A DNA stretch of 64,000 nucleotides from Marmoricola sp. (GCA_044227235.1 JBGAFN010000013.1:82800-146799); one strand, 5' to 3'; shown: positions 33,926 to 46,775, counted from the first letter of the stretch. A program made the numbers and translations. Notes: generated by a model not told the origin, from the letters alone.

Positions 33926-34675
33926 TCACATCCGCTCCGGGGCGTCGACCCCGAGCCGGGCGAGGCCGTCCGCGAGGACGACCCGGGTGGCCGCGACCAG
34001 CAGGACCCGGGCCTGGTGCGCCGCGCCCGACGGCTCGTCGCCCTGCGGGAGCACCCGGGTCCGCTCGAGGAGCGTGTGGAGCGCACCGGAAGTCTCCCGC
34101 AGATGGCGCCCCAGCCGCGCCGGCTCCGCCCACCGGACAGCCGCGCCGACGGTCTCCTCGTAGGTCGCGAGCAGCCGCAGCAGGCCGACCTCGGCATCCG
34201 CCGCGAGCAGGCCCGGCTCGAAGCCCCCGAGGTCGGTGGCGACCCCGAGGTCCGCCGCGTTGCGAGCGACGCGGCATGCGGTGGCATGGGCGTACCGCAC
34301 GTCGGTCAGCTCGCCGGCGTGGCCCGACCAGCTGCCGGCGGGCGCGTCGGGCCCGGGGCCGACCAGGCGGGGGACGACCTCGCCGCGGACCGCCGGGGTC
34401 AGCTCGAGGGTCAGGAAGCCCCCCTCCACCGCCACCGAGGCCAGCGCCGGGTCGCCCCGCAGCTCGCCGGCGAGCAGTCCCGCCACCGTGGCGGGCGTCA
34501 CCCCCGGGAGCCCGAGGCGCAGTGCGACGGCGCACACGCGATCCCCGGCTGACCGCGGGCCCGGCAGGGCGACGTCAGTCGCACCCGGCGGCACCGGACC
34601 GGCCGGCAGGGCGCCGGCGCCCTGCAGCGTCGCGACCGCGCGGGCGACCCGGGCCGAGAGCTGGGCGGGCGTCAC
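33926..34675 (-). CDS. ArgRS-like protein: Arg-tRNA-synthetase N-terminal domain + DALR anticodon-binding domain, catalytic core absent
   Basis: 249-aa ORF at the chromosomal position held by argS in related actinobacteria. The N-terminal ~105 aa resemble the ArgRS add-on domain (VEGGFLTLELTP). VRYAHATACRV...LGVDAPERM matches the start and extreme C-terminus of the DALR domain. No HIGH or KMSK region is present. Confidence 0.75.
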   Translation of the reverse strand: MTPAQLSARVARAVATLQGAGALPAGPVPPGATDVALPGPRSAGDRVCAVALRLGLPGVTPATVAGLLAGELRGDPALASVAVEGGFLTLELTPAVRGEVVPRLVGPGPDAPAGSWSGHAGELTDVRYAHATACRVARNAADLGVATDLGGFEPGLLAADAEVGLLRLLATYEETVGAAVRWAEPARLGRHLRETSGALHTLLERTRVLPQGDEPSGAAHQARVLLVAATRVVLADGLARLGVDAPERM

Positions 34676-34759
34676 CGCGTCAGGCTAGCCACCGGGGCGT
34701 GGCGCCCCACGGGTGCGAGGGCACGTGACCGTTCATGTACGCTGTCCCGCGCACCATGA

Positions 34760-34831
34760 GCCCCCGTAGCTCAGGGGATAGAGCACCGCCCTCCGGAGGC
34801 GGGTGCGAAGGTTCGAATCCTTCCGGGGGCG
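34760..34831 (+). tRNA. tRNA-Arg (anticodon CCG)
   Basis: Folded by hand: acceptor GCCCCCG/CGGGGGC, D-arm GCTC-AGGGGATA-GAGC, anticodon arm CCGCC-CTCCGGA-GGCGG, T-arm GAAGG-TTCGAAT-CCTTC, discriminator G. 72 nt, CCA not encoded. Confidence 0.9.
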
Positions 34832-35112
34832 CCCTCTCCGCGCAGCGGCCCGACCGGGCCCGCCGCGCAGCGGCCTCACCGGGCCCGGCTGCTGCCGAGC
34901 ACGGGCCGGCGATCTGCCGCCTGCCGCCGCTGTTCCTCCTCCGTTCGGCGCCGGATTCCCCCCATATTGGTCGTTTTAGGGATTTTTTGCCGCAAGGCCG
35001 TCACCTTTTACCTACGCCCGCGTTGTGTCACTGCCAAGCGGGAGGGACGGCGTGATTTCCGGGGATTCCGCCTACCGCACCACCATCACATGAGTACACC
35101 AGGGAGATTCCC

Positions 35113-36543
35113 GTGAAGATCCACACCAGGCTGGCCCGCGTGGCCGTCGCCTCCACCACGATGGGGCTCGCCCTGACGGGGGCCGTCGTGGCGACGAGCA
35201 CCTCCGCCCAGGCGCTCTCCGAGACCACCTACGGTCTGGGCGCGAACGCCTACGGCACCCGCGTCATCGCGAGCATGGTCGGCGCGAGCTCCGACCGCAC
35301 CGCCTACTCCGAGATCGCGTGCACCCGCGTGGTCGGCCTCAAGCGCAGCAACAAGGTCGCGGCCGTCTCGCTGCCGGCCGACAACCCGATGGTCCACGTC
35401 GGCGCGGTCGTCTCCAACACCCGCACCTTCAAGGACGCCGCCGCGGGCATCGTGGCCGGCTCCGAGGCGACCAACCAGGTCGCCAGCGTCTCGATCGGCG
35501 CCCCCGGCACCCCGCAGCTGACGATCAACGGCCTGAAGTCGACCTCGCGCGTCTGGGCCGACGACAACGACAAGCTGCACGCCTCCAACACCATCAAGGC
35601 CGCCGAGCTCTCGCTGATCGACCTCCCCGACCAGATCCCCGCGGAGCTGGCCGGGCCGCTGAACCAGCTGCTCGACGCGCTCGACAGCGGGCTCAACCAG
35701 GTCATCCAGGCCATCCAGGACAACGCCGGCACCATCGTGATCCCGTCCCTCGGTGAGATCAGCGTCGCGAAGGACGCCCGCAGCGTCGGCGCGAACACCG
35801 CGATCGCCCGCGGCGCGGCGCTCGAGATCCTGCTCTACGGCGCCGACACCGCCAAGGGCGGCGGCGACGACACCAGCGTCCGCGTCGGGCGCTCCTCGGC
35901 CCGCATCGAGCGTGGCGTGGAGCAGGGCGTGATGCGCGGTCACGGTTACGGCGCGAGCCTCGAGCTCCTCGACGGCATCGTCGGCGTCGGCAAGCTCGGC
36001 TTCCAGCCGCTCTCCTGCCGGGGCACCGACGGCGAGGTCCGCCAGGGCGGCACCGCCGGCCTCAACCTCGCCAACGCCAACCAGCTCACCCTGGGCGCGG
36101 TCGACAGCAAGGTCTACGGCAAGCGCGGCAAGAAGGGCGCGGCCAACGCGTGGACCCAGGGCGGCATCGCCCAGGTCAACCTCGGCCCGCTGCAGATCAG
36201 CGCCATCCAGGCCCGCGCCAACGTCCGCACCAACCGCCTCAACCAGATCGTGCGCCGTGACATCGCGGGCAGCACGATCGCCGAGGTGACCGTGGACGGC
36301 GACTCGCAGGGCGGGATCACCCCGGAGACGGTGGACGAGCAGCTCGGGAGCTTCCCGAACTACGACCCGGCCACCAACTCGCTGACGATCCCGAGCCTCG
36401 CGAAGCTGGAGTTCTTCAAGACCACGATGAACGGCCGGCGCGGTCTCACCACCATCGCCGTGCGGCTCACCCTGCTCGACGGCACCCCGGGGGTCTCGGT
36501 CGTCGACCTCGGCGTCGCCAAGGCGGGCATCTACCGGTACTGA
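35113..36543 (+). CDS. Secreted protein of unknown function (signal peptide)
   Basis: 476-aa ORF with GTG start preceded by AGGGAG. MKIHTRLARVAVASTTMGLALTGAVVATSTSAQA is a signal peptide. Codon bias is coding-like. I recognise no family. Confidence 0.7.
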   Translation: MKIHTRLARVAVASTTMGLALTGAVVATSTSAQALSETTYGLGANAYGTRVIASMVGASSDRTAYSEIACTRVVGLKRSNKVAAVSLPADNPMVHVGAVVSNTRTFKDAAAGIVAGSEATNQVASVSIGAPGTPQLTINGLKSTSRVWADDNDKLHASNTIKAAELSLIDLPDQIPAELAGPLNQLLDALDSGLNQVIQAIQDNAGTIVIPSLGEISVAKDARSVGANTAIARGAALEILLYGADTAKGGGDDTSVRVGRSSARIERGVEQGVMRGHGYGASLELLDGIVGVGKLGFQPLSCRGTDGEVRQGGTAGLNLANANQLTLGAVDSKVYGKRGKKGAANAWTQGGIAQVNLGPLQISAIQARANVRTNRLNQIVRRDIAGSTIAEVTVDGDSQGGITPETVDEQLGSFPNYDPATNSLTIPSLAKLEFFKTTMNGRRGLTTIAVRLTLLDGTPGVSVVDLGVAKAGIYRY

Positions 36544-36569
36544 CCCGGGTCACGCCCGGCTCGCACCAG

Positions 36570-36609
36570 CACCGCGGCCCCGCTCCCACCCGGGAGCGGG
36601 GCCGCGGTG
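36570..36609. terminator. Perfect 18-bp GC-rich hairpin between convergent genes (candidate bidirectional terminator)
   Basis: caccgcggccccgctccc-accc-gggagcggggccgcggtg, located between stop 36543 (+) and stop 36653 (-). There is no clear U-tract. Confidence 0.6.
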
Positions 36610-36652
36610 CGTCCGGGCAGCCGGTCCGGGAGGTGGGTCCGGGAGGCGCCGG

Positions 36653-37603
36653 TCAGCAGTCCTCGTCGAAGGTGGCGTCGTCGCGGGCCTGGTCGCCCAG
36701 CCGGGCCGCCTGCGCGGTGTCGGGGAAGACGATGCTGGCCCCGTTGACGTCGCCGATGCTGCCGTTCAGCACGCAGCCCTCGAACCTGCGCGGGTCGAGG
36801 CCGGTCGCCGCCTGGGCGAGGCGGTAGAGGTCGCTCGGACCGAGGTCGGTGGCGAGGTTGCGCAGCACCGAGAACATCGCCCGCTCCATGAAGCCCGGGT
36901 CGTCCTCGTGGGCCCGCACCTGACGCAGGATGGCCCGCAGCATCTCCTGCTGGTTGGCCGAGCGGTCGAAGTCGCCCCGCGGCAGGAAGTGGCGGGCCCG
37001 GCTGAAGAAGAGCGCCTCGAACCCGTTGAGGTGGTTCCGGCCCTGCTTGATGTCGCCGACCATGTTGTCGTCGGTGAAGGCCAGGCGCGAGTCGACGGTC
37101 ACCCCGCCGATGCTCTGGATCATCGCCCGGAAGCCCCCGAAGGTCGTCACGAACACGTAGTCCGGCTGCACCCCGACCAGGTTGCCGACGGTGCGCCCCA
37201 TCAGCTGCGGCCCGCCGTAGAAGAGCGCGGCGTTGATGCGGTTCGACCCCACCCCGGGGATCGGGACCCAGGAGTCGCGCGGGATGCCGATCGAGACGGC
37301 GCGACCGGTCCGCAGGTTCACCCCGACCATCTGGATGGCGTCGGCGCGGGTGCGTAGCGGGTTCTCGCCCGGGCGTGCGTCCGAACCGAGCATCAGCACC
37401 CACAGCACCCGGTCGGAGTGGGCGACCCCGTCGGCCGTGGTCGGGTCGACGCCCTTGGCGTCCTCCATCCGGACCAGCGTCGCCAGGGTGGGCGCGGGGC
37501 CCGCGTCGGGGACCACGACCGCAGTCACGGCCAGGACCGCGCCCAGCGCGGCCACCCGTCGTACGGCGTGCCACCCGTGCCGGGTCCGTCGCGTCGTCCT
37601 CAC
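36653..37603 (-). CDS. LCP (LytR-CpsA-Psr) family cell-wall glycopolymer ligase
   Basis: 316-aa ORF with an N-terminal TM anchor. RADAIQMVGVN...IPRDSWVPIPG...NAALFYGG...FSRARH...GDFDRSANQQ motifs. Confidence 0.85.
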   Translation of the reverse strand: MRTTRRTRHGWHAVRRVAALGAVLAVTAVVVPDAGPAPTLATLVRMEDAKGVDPTTADGVAHSDRVLWVLMLGSDARPGENPLRTRADAIQMVGVNLRTGRAVSIGIPRDSWVPIPGVGSNRINAALFYGGPQLMGRTVGNLVGVQPDYVFVTTFGGFRAMIQSIGGVTVDSRLAFTDDNMVGDIKQGRNHLNGFEALFFSRARHFLPRGDFDRSANQQEMLRAILRQVRAHEDDPGFMERAMFSVLRNLATDLGPSDLYRLAQAATGLDPRRFEGCVLNGSIGDVNGASIVFPDTAQAARLGDQARDDATFDEDC

Positions 37604-38256
37604 GGGGTGCTCCCCTCCACCGCGGCCGCGTCGCCGCGGCTCAGGTCGTAGCCGAAGATGCGCCAGCCGTCGGCGCCGGGGACCAGCAGCAGGCGACCGC
37701 GCACCGGCACGGTGACCCTCCCGTCGGCGCGCTCCACCTCCAGGTCGACCTCGAGGCGCGCGGTCGCCCCGACCGCCCTGCCGCGCGGCGCGAGCACCGA
37801 GACGTACGCCGCGGCCCGCGGCGCGGTGACCGACTCGGCCCCGTCGAGGCCCGCCGCGGTGACCAGGTCGAGGTCGCGACGGACCCTGGTGCGCGCCCCG
37901 GGGGTGAAGTCCACGAAGGCCTCCGACCGGTCCGCCTCCGGGGAGGTGCCGAGGAAGGCGTGCTGGACGTACGACGAGACGACCGCACCGACCTGCCGGG
38001 CGACCTCGTCGCGCCGCGCGGCGGGCAGGTCCCCGGAGACCCGGGTCACCCGGGCGGCGAGGGCGAAGGGTCTCGCCGTGGCCGTCGGGGTCGCCGTCGG
38101 GGTGGCCGACTGCTCGTGGTCACCGCCCGAGCAGGCCGCGGTGGTGACCAGCGCGAGCAGGGCGAGGGCCGCGACCGCGACCCGGGGGGTAGCCTGCCTG
38201 CAGGGTCCTGGCGGGCGTCGCCGCAGGCGCGGGCGACGTGCTTCGGCAACCGTCAT
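37600..38256 (-). CDS. Putative lipoprotein, unknown function
   Basis: 218-aa ORF with lipobox LVTTAAC after a basic N-terminus. Its 4-nt overlap with the LCP gene start suggests an operon. Confidence 0.6.
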   Translation of the reverse strand: MTVAEARRPRLRRRPPGPCRQATPRVAVAALALLALVTTAACSGGDHEQSATPTATPTATARPFALAARVTRVSGDLPAARRDEVARQVGAVVSSYVQHAFLGTSPEADRSEAFVDFTPGARTRVRRDLDLVTAAGLDGAESVTAPRAAAYVSVLAPRGRAVGATARLEVDLEVERADGRVTVPVRGRLLLVPGADGWRIFGYDLSRGDAAAVEGSTP

Positions 38257-38399
38257 GGCGGCATGATCGACCCCCGGCCCGCACTGGGACGAACACCACG
38301 CCGTCAGGTGGGTGACCGGCCTGCCGCAAACGCCCGGGGCGGGCTAGCCTTGGGGACGCATTTCGAGGAACCACCGCACCGGAAGAGGCGAACGCAGAC

Positions 38400-42057
<3,658 letters not shown>

Positions 42058-42064
42058 GCCGCTG

Positions 42065-42244
42065 ATGTACTTCACCGACCGCGGGATCGAGGAGCTCGTC
42101 CAGCGCCGGGGCGAGGAGGAGGTCAGCCTCGCCTGGCTGGCCGAGCGGCTCAGCGAGTTCGTCGACCTGAACCCCGAGTTCGAGGTGCCCGTCGAGCGGC
42201 TCGCCACCTGGCTGGCCCGGCTCGACGACGACCTCGACGACTGA
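42065..42244 (+). CDS. Small acidic conserved protein (DUF6104-like)
   Basis: 59-codon ORF found by hand: MYFTDRGIEELVQRRGEEEVSLAWLAERLSEFVDLNPEFEVPVERLATWLARLDDDLDD. It is below the track size cut-off. It resembles a small protein family common in actinomycetes (from memory). Confidence 0.6.
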   Translation: MYFTDRGIEELVQRRGEEEVSLAWLAERLSEFVDLNPEFEVPVERLATWLARLDDDLDD

Positions 42245-42290
42245 GGTGCCGGAGACGGAACCGCGAGCGGCGACCTCACGTCGCAGTGGC

Positions 42291-43463
42291 ATGACCCGTT
42301 TCCGCCGTCTGCTGCCGCCCGTCGCGCTCGTGGTCGCCCTGGCGGCGGTCGCGGCCTGCGGCGGCCCAGCGGCGGAGGTCCCTCCGCGTGAGCGCACCTC
42401 GGTGTCGGCCTCGGAATGGCGGCGGCTCCCCGACCCGCCGTTGTCGCGGCGCACGGGGCCGGTCGTGGCGTGGGTGGCGGGCCGGCTCGTCGTCGTCGGC
42501 GGTGACGAGGGCCCCCCGTGCCCGCCCACCGCGGACTGCGCCTTCGGCCCCACCGCGACGGCCGACGGTGCGGCGTACGACGCGCACGAGGGCTCCTGGC
42601 ACAAGATCGCGGACGCCCCGCGCCCGCTGCGCGACCGGCAGAGCGCGGTCGCCCTCGAGACCCGGCTGTACGTCCTCGACACGGTCGGCCTGCTCGAGTA
42701 CGACGCCGTCCGCGACCGGTGGCGCGCCCTGCGCGTCCCGGCCCGGGAGGTCGCCTGGCTCGGCCTCGCCGCGGCCGGCGACCGGGTCGTGCTCTACCCC
42801 GGCAGCGACGAGCAGGTGCAGCAGCCGGACCTGGTCCTGGACCCGTCCACCGGCACGTGGACGCGGCTGCCGGACGACCCGCTCGGGCGGTCCTTCGACC
42901 GTCTGGTGGTCGACACCCCGGCCGGTCTCGTGCTGCTGGGCCGCCGGCTCGAGGCCGGCAGCCAGCCCGCCGACCCGGCCCTGGTCCGGGCGGCCGTCCT
43001 CGCTCCCGGCGCGCGCCGGTGGCGGCAGCTGCCCGACAGCGACCAGCTCGGCGGCGGCCCCTCGTCGTGGACGGGCGAGCACCTGGTCGACGCGACCCTC
43101 GGTGGCGCCGACGGCGGGGAGGTCAACGGCTACGGACGCACGATCCCGTACGGCGGCCGGCTGGACCCCGCCGCCGGCACCTGGAGCCGCCTGCCCGATC
43201 CCCCGGACCAGGGGGACGGCGGCTGGCCGGTGCAGGCTTCGACCGGGTCGGCGCACCTGGTCGCCTCCGGCGGCTGGCTGTACGACGACCGGCAGGGGGA
43301 ATGGCTGCTCCTGCCGCCTCCCTCGGGTGGGCCCGACACCCCGGGGCCGGCCGCGTGGGACGGCGACCGCCTCTTCGTGGTCGGGGGCCAGGAGCAGCAG
43401 CCGTCGGAGTGGACGGCCGAGCAGGCCTACTCCCCCCACGCCTGGGTGCTCACCGGCCTGTGA
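42291..43463 (+). CDS. Putative lipoprotein with Kelch/beta-propeller-like repeats
   Basis: Track ORF 42246..43463, trimmed to ATG at 42291 (MTRFRRLLPPVALVVALAAVAAC lipobox). It has a reiterated pattern of W..LPD.P...R with hydrophobic strand blocks. Confidence 0.65.
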   Translation: MTRFRRLLPPVALVVALAAVAACGGPAAEVPPRERTSVSASEWRRLPDPPLSRRTGPVVAWVAGRLVVVGGDEGPPCPPTADCAFGPTATADGAAYDAHEGSWHKIADAPRPLRDRQSAVALETRLYVLDTVGLLEYDAVRDRWRALRVPAREVAWLGLAAAGDRVVLYPGSDEQVQQPDLVLDPSTGTWTRLPDDPLGRSFDRLVVDTPAGLVLLGRRLEAGSQPADPALVRAAVLAPGARRWRQLPDSDQLGGGPSSWTGEHLVDATLGGADGGEVNGYGRTIPYGGRLDPAAGTWSRLPDPPDQGDGGWPVQASTGSAHLVASGGWLYDDRQGEWLLLPPPSGGPDTPGPAAWDGDRLFVVGGQEQQPSEWTAEQAYSPHAWVLTGL

Positions 43464-43506
43464 CCACCCCGCGCCACCCCCCGGTGGTCGAGTGGGTCGG
43501 AGTGGG

Positions 43507-44475
43507 TCAGCGGGTGAAGACGACCTTGCCGAACAGGTCGCCCTGCTGCATCGCGGCGAAGCCCTCGCGGGCCTCGGTCATCGGCAGGACCCGGTCGACC
43601 AGGGGCCGGGTGCCGGTGGCGTCGAGCAGCTGCACCAGGCTGGCCAGCTCGGTGCGGGTGCCCATGGTCGAGCCGATCACCTTCAGCTGCAGGAAGAAGA
43701 TCCGGGTCAGCTCGGCGTCGTCGAGGTTCGGGCCGCTGGTGGTGCCGCTGATCACGATCGCCCCGCCGGGGCGCAGCGAGCGGATCGAGTGCGACCAGGT
43801 CGCCCTGCCGACCGTCTCCATCACCGCGTCGACCTTGCCCGGCAGCCGGGCACCGGACTCGAAGACCTCGTGGGCACCGATCTCCAGGGCACGAGCCCGC
43901 TTGCCCTCGTCCCGGCTGGTCGCCCAGACCCGCAGCCCACCGGCGCGGGCCAGGGTGACCAGCGCCGTCGCCACGCCGCCGCCGGCCCCCTGGACCAGCA
44001 CCGAGTCGCCGGGCTTCAGGCCGCCCTGGGTGTAGAGCATCCGGTACGCCGTGAGCCAGGCGGTCGGCAGGCACGCCGCCTCCTCGAAGCTCAACGAGGC
44101 CGGCTTGGGCACCACGTTGACCCGCGGCACCACGACCTTGTCCGCGAAGGTGCCCTGGTGCCGCTCGGAGAGCAGCGAGCGCTTCGGGTCGAAGGTCTCG
44201 TCGCCGGTCCAGGTCGGGTCGGAGATGACCGCGTGCACGACGACCTCGTTGCCGTCCTCGTCCAGGCCGGCGGCGTCACAGCCCAGGATCATCGGCAGCG
44301 CCTCCTGGCGCAGCCCGACCCCGCGCAGCGACCACAGGTCGTGGTGGTTGAGCGAGGCGGCCTTCACGGTGACCGTGGTCCAGCCGTCGGGGGCGACCGG
44401 GTCCGGACGCTCCCCGACCACGAGACCCGCCAGTGGGTCGACGGAGGAGAAGGAGTCGGCGTAGACGGCGAACAT
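43507..44475 (-). CDS. Zinc-type alcohol dehydrogenase / quinone oxidoreductase family (MDR) protein
   Basis: 322-aa ORF. KAASLNHHDLW and VLVQGAGGGVATA nucleotide-binding motif. Confidence 0.8.
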   Translation of the reverse strand: MFAVYADSFSSVDPLAGLVVGERPDPVAPDGWTTVTVKAASLNHHDLWSLRGVGLRQEALPMILGCDAAGLDEDGNEVVVHAVISDPTWTGDETFDPKRSLLSERHQGTFADKVVVPRVNVVPKPASLSFEEAACLPTAWLTAYRMLYTQGGLKPGDSVLVQGAGGGVATALVTLARAGGLRVWATSRDEGKRARALEIGAHEVFESGARLPGKVDAVMETVGRATWSHSIRSLRPGGAIVISGTTSGPNLDDAELTRIFFLQLKVIGSTMGTRTELASLVQLLDATGTRPLVDRVLPMTEAREGFAAMQQGDLFGKVVFTR

Positions 44476-44508
44476 GGGGTCCTCTCGAGCGGGGTCGGTG
44501 CGGGCGGG

Positions 44509-45705
44509 TCAGCGACGGGCGACGCCGTCGCGTCGGGCGGCCTCCGCGACGCCTTGGGCGACGGCCGGGCCGACGCGCGGGTCGAAGGGCGACGGGATGA
44601 TGTAGTCCGCAGCCAGGGCGTCCCCGACCAGGCCGGCCAGGGCGTTGGCCGCGGCGAGCTTCATGCCCTCGGTGATGCTGGTGGCGCGGACGTCGAACGC
44701 GCCCCGGAAGATGCCGGGGAACGCGAGCACGTTGTTGATCTGGTTGGGGAAGTCCGACCGGCCGGTCGCCACCACGCGGGCGTGCCGGTGGGCGACGTCG
44801 GGGTGGACCTCGGGGGTCGGGTTCGCCAGGCCGAAGATGATCGCGTCGTCGGCCATCCGCGCCACGTCCTCCTCCGGGACCGTGCCGCCGGAGAGGCCGA
44901 TGTAGACGTCGGCGTCGACGAGCACGTCGGCCAGCGTCCCGGTCCGGCCGGTGCGGTCGGCGGTCTCACGGGCGAGACCGGCCTTGACCGGGGTCAGGTC
45001 GCGCCGCGAGGTGTGCAGCACGCCGCGCCGGTCGGTGACCGCGAGGTCCTTGATCCCGGCGGCGAGCAGGATGCGGGCGACGGCGACGCCGGCGGCACCG
45101 GCCCCGGAGATGACCACCCGGGTGCTGTCGTGGGTGCGACCGGTCAGCTTGAGCGCGCCCTCGAGGGCGGCCAGCACGACCACGGCCGTGCCGTGCTGGT
45201 CGTCGTGGAAGACCGGGATGCCCAGCCGCTCCTTGAGCCGGTCCTCGATCTCGAAGCAGCGCGGCGCGGAGATGTCCTCGAGGTTGATGCCACCGAAGGA
45301 CGGGGCGAGCCGGACCACGGTCTCGACGATCTCGTCGGCGTCGGTGGTGTCCAGGCAGATCGGGATCGCGTCGACCCCGCCGAACTGCTTGAACAGCACG
45401 GCCTTGCCCTCCATCACCGGCATCGCTGCGGCCGGCCCGATGTCGCCCAGCCCGAGCACGGCGGTGCCGTCGGTGACCACCGCGACGGTGTTGGCGACCC
45501 AGGTGTAGTCGTTGACCAGGTCGGGCTCGTCCGCGATCGCCTCGCAGACCTGGGCGACGCCGGGGGTGTAGGCCAGCGAGAGGTCGTCGCGGCTCTCCAG
45601 GGCCACCGTCGAGGCGATCTCCATCTTCCCGCCGACGTGCAGCGCGAACACGGGTGAGCCCGAGCGCGGGGCACCGTGGTCGGAAGGGGAGGACGAGGCA
45701 GCCAT
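44509..45705 (-). CDS. NAD(P)-dependent malic enzyme (short form)
   Basis: Track ORF trimmed to ATG at 45705. SLAYTPGVA, VTDGTAVLGLGDIG, FGGINLEDI, HDDQHGTA and ISGAGAAG motifs. Confidence 0.9.
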   Translation of the reverse strand: MAASSSPSDHGAPRSGSPVFALHVGGKMEIASTVALESRDDLSLAYTPGVAQVCEAIADEPDLVNDYTWVANTVAVVTDGTAVLGLGDIGPAAAMPVMEGKAVLFKQFGGVDAIPICLDTTDADEIVETVVRLAPSFGGINLEDISAPRCFEIEDRLKERLGIPVFHDDQHGTAVVVLAALEGALKLTGRTHDSTRVVISGAGAAGVAVARILLAAGIKDLAVTDRRGVLHTSRRDLTPVKAGLARETADRTGRTGTLADVLVDADVYIGLSGGTVPEEDVARMADDAIIFGLANPTPEVHPDVAHRHARVVATGRSDFPNQINNVLAFPGIFRGAFDVRATSITEGMKLAAANALAGLVGDALAADYIIPSPFDPRVGPAVAQGVAEAARRDGVARR

Positions 45706-45897
45706 GGGACAGACTTTCGTGGTCGCGTACGGGGGATGTCGCGGCGGCCGGATGGGCTCCTCGGGTGGAGGGCGTGCGTCCGTGGCCGGCTCGCGGAGTT
45801 CACGGGGGTTCTCCCAACGGGTCAGTCTGTCACACCGGAGCCGGGCCCCCGCTGTGAGGGCGGACACCCGGGAGGCCCCTCCTCCGACCGGGTGGGG

Positions 45898-46233
45898 TCA
45901 GCCCCGACCCCACCGCGGCAGGCGCGGCAGCCGCAGCAGCACCCGCGCCAGGACGTCCTCGTCGGCGACCGCCCCGACGGCCCACGAGTCGACCCCGACC
46001 GCCGGGTTGTCCCGCTCGACCCACCAGCCGTCCGGCTCGCGTCGTACGGCGCGCTTCACGGCCACCACCGTGCTCCGCGCGCCGGCCCGCTCCGGCAGCC
46101 GGACGACGACCAGGCCGCCCGCCCTCGGCGGTGCCCCGTGCAGCACCAGCAGCCGGTCCCCGTCCACGAGCGTCGGCTCCATCGACCGACCTCGGACCAC
46201 GGCCCACCCGATCCGCACCTGGCTGCTCCCCAC
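45898..46233 (-). CDS. sodX: Nickel-SOD maturation protease (S26 signal-peptidase-like)
   Basis: Track ORF trimmed to GTG at 46233 (…VVRGRSMEPTLVDGDRLLV… S26 catalytic Ser motif). It is divergent from sodN. Confidence 0.75.
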   Translation of the reverse strand: MGSSQVRIGWAVVRGRSMEPTLVDGDRLLVLHGAPPRAGGLVVVRLPERAGARSTVVAVKRAVRREPDGWWVERDNPAVGVDSWAVGAVADEDVLARVLLRLPRLPRWGRG

Positions 46234-46307
46234 CCGTCGTTCCTGCCCCGTTCTCGCCGGGGGTAGTGTCGCAGCAGCAACCTCCACGTACCGAGAAAGG
46301 ACCTGGG

Positions 46308-46709
46308 ATGCTCGCGCGACTCTTCGCTCCCACGCTCGAAGTCCACGCCCACTGCGACCTCCCCTGCGGCGTCTACGACCCGGCTCAGGCACGCATCGAG
46401 GCCGAGTCCATCAAGGCCGTCATCGGCAAGCTCGCCGACAACGACGACCCCGACTTCCGCACCCGGGCGGTGCTCATCAAGGAGCAGCGCTCCGAGCTGG
46501 TCAAGCACCACCTGTGGGTGCTGTGGACCGACTACTTCAAGCCGCCGCACTTCGAGAAGTACCCCCAGCTGCACACGCTGGTCAACGAGGCGACCAAGCT
46601 CGCCGGCGCGACCGGCACCAAGGGCTCCATGGACGCCGCTGTGGCCGACCAGCTGCTGGCCAAGATCGACGAGATCGCCGAGATCTTCTGGGAGACCAAG
46701 AAGGCCTGA
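46308..46709 (+). CDS. sodN: Nickel-containing superoxide dismutase
   Basis: ATG at 46308 in track ORF 46131..46709. The pro-peptide MLARLFAPTLEVHA is followed by the Ni-hook HCDLPCGVYDP. Confidence 0.9.
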   Translation: MLARLFAPTLEVHAHCDLPCGVYDPAQARIEAESIKAVIGKLADNDDPDFRTRAVLIKEQRSELVKHHLWVLWTDYFKPPHFEKYPQLHTLVNEATKLAGATGTKGSMDAAVADQLLAKIDEIAEIFWETKKA

Positions 46710-46775
46710 CGGCCTCCCGGTCCCGCGCGGTGGGGCGTCCCGGACCTCCGGGGCGCCCCTCCTGTGCTTCCCGGG

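Noticed and set aside
34760-35112. Integrated mobile element at tRNA-Arg (AT-rich DNA next to the tRNA 3' end)
   Set aside because: No integrase, excisionase or transposase gene follows. I did not spot a direct repeat of the tRNA 3' end. The AT-rich stretch is only ~280 bp and fits a promoter/leader.
45708-45831. 8-bp inverted repeat GACAGACT...AGTCTGTC spanning ~110 nt upstream of the malic enzyme gene
   Set aside because: It is short and widely spaced, so it could arise by chance. There is no supporting structure or conservation evidence.
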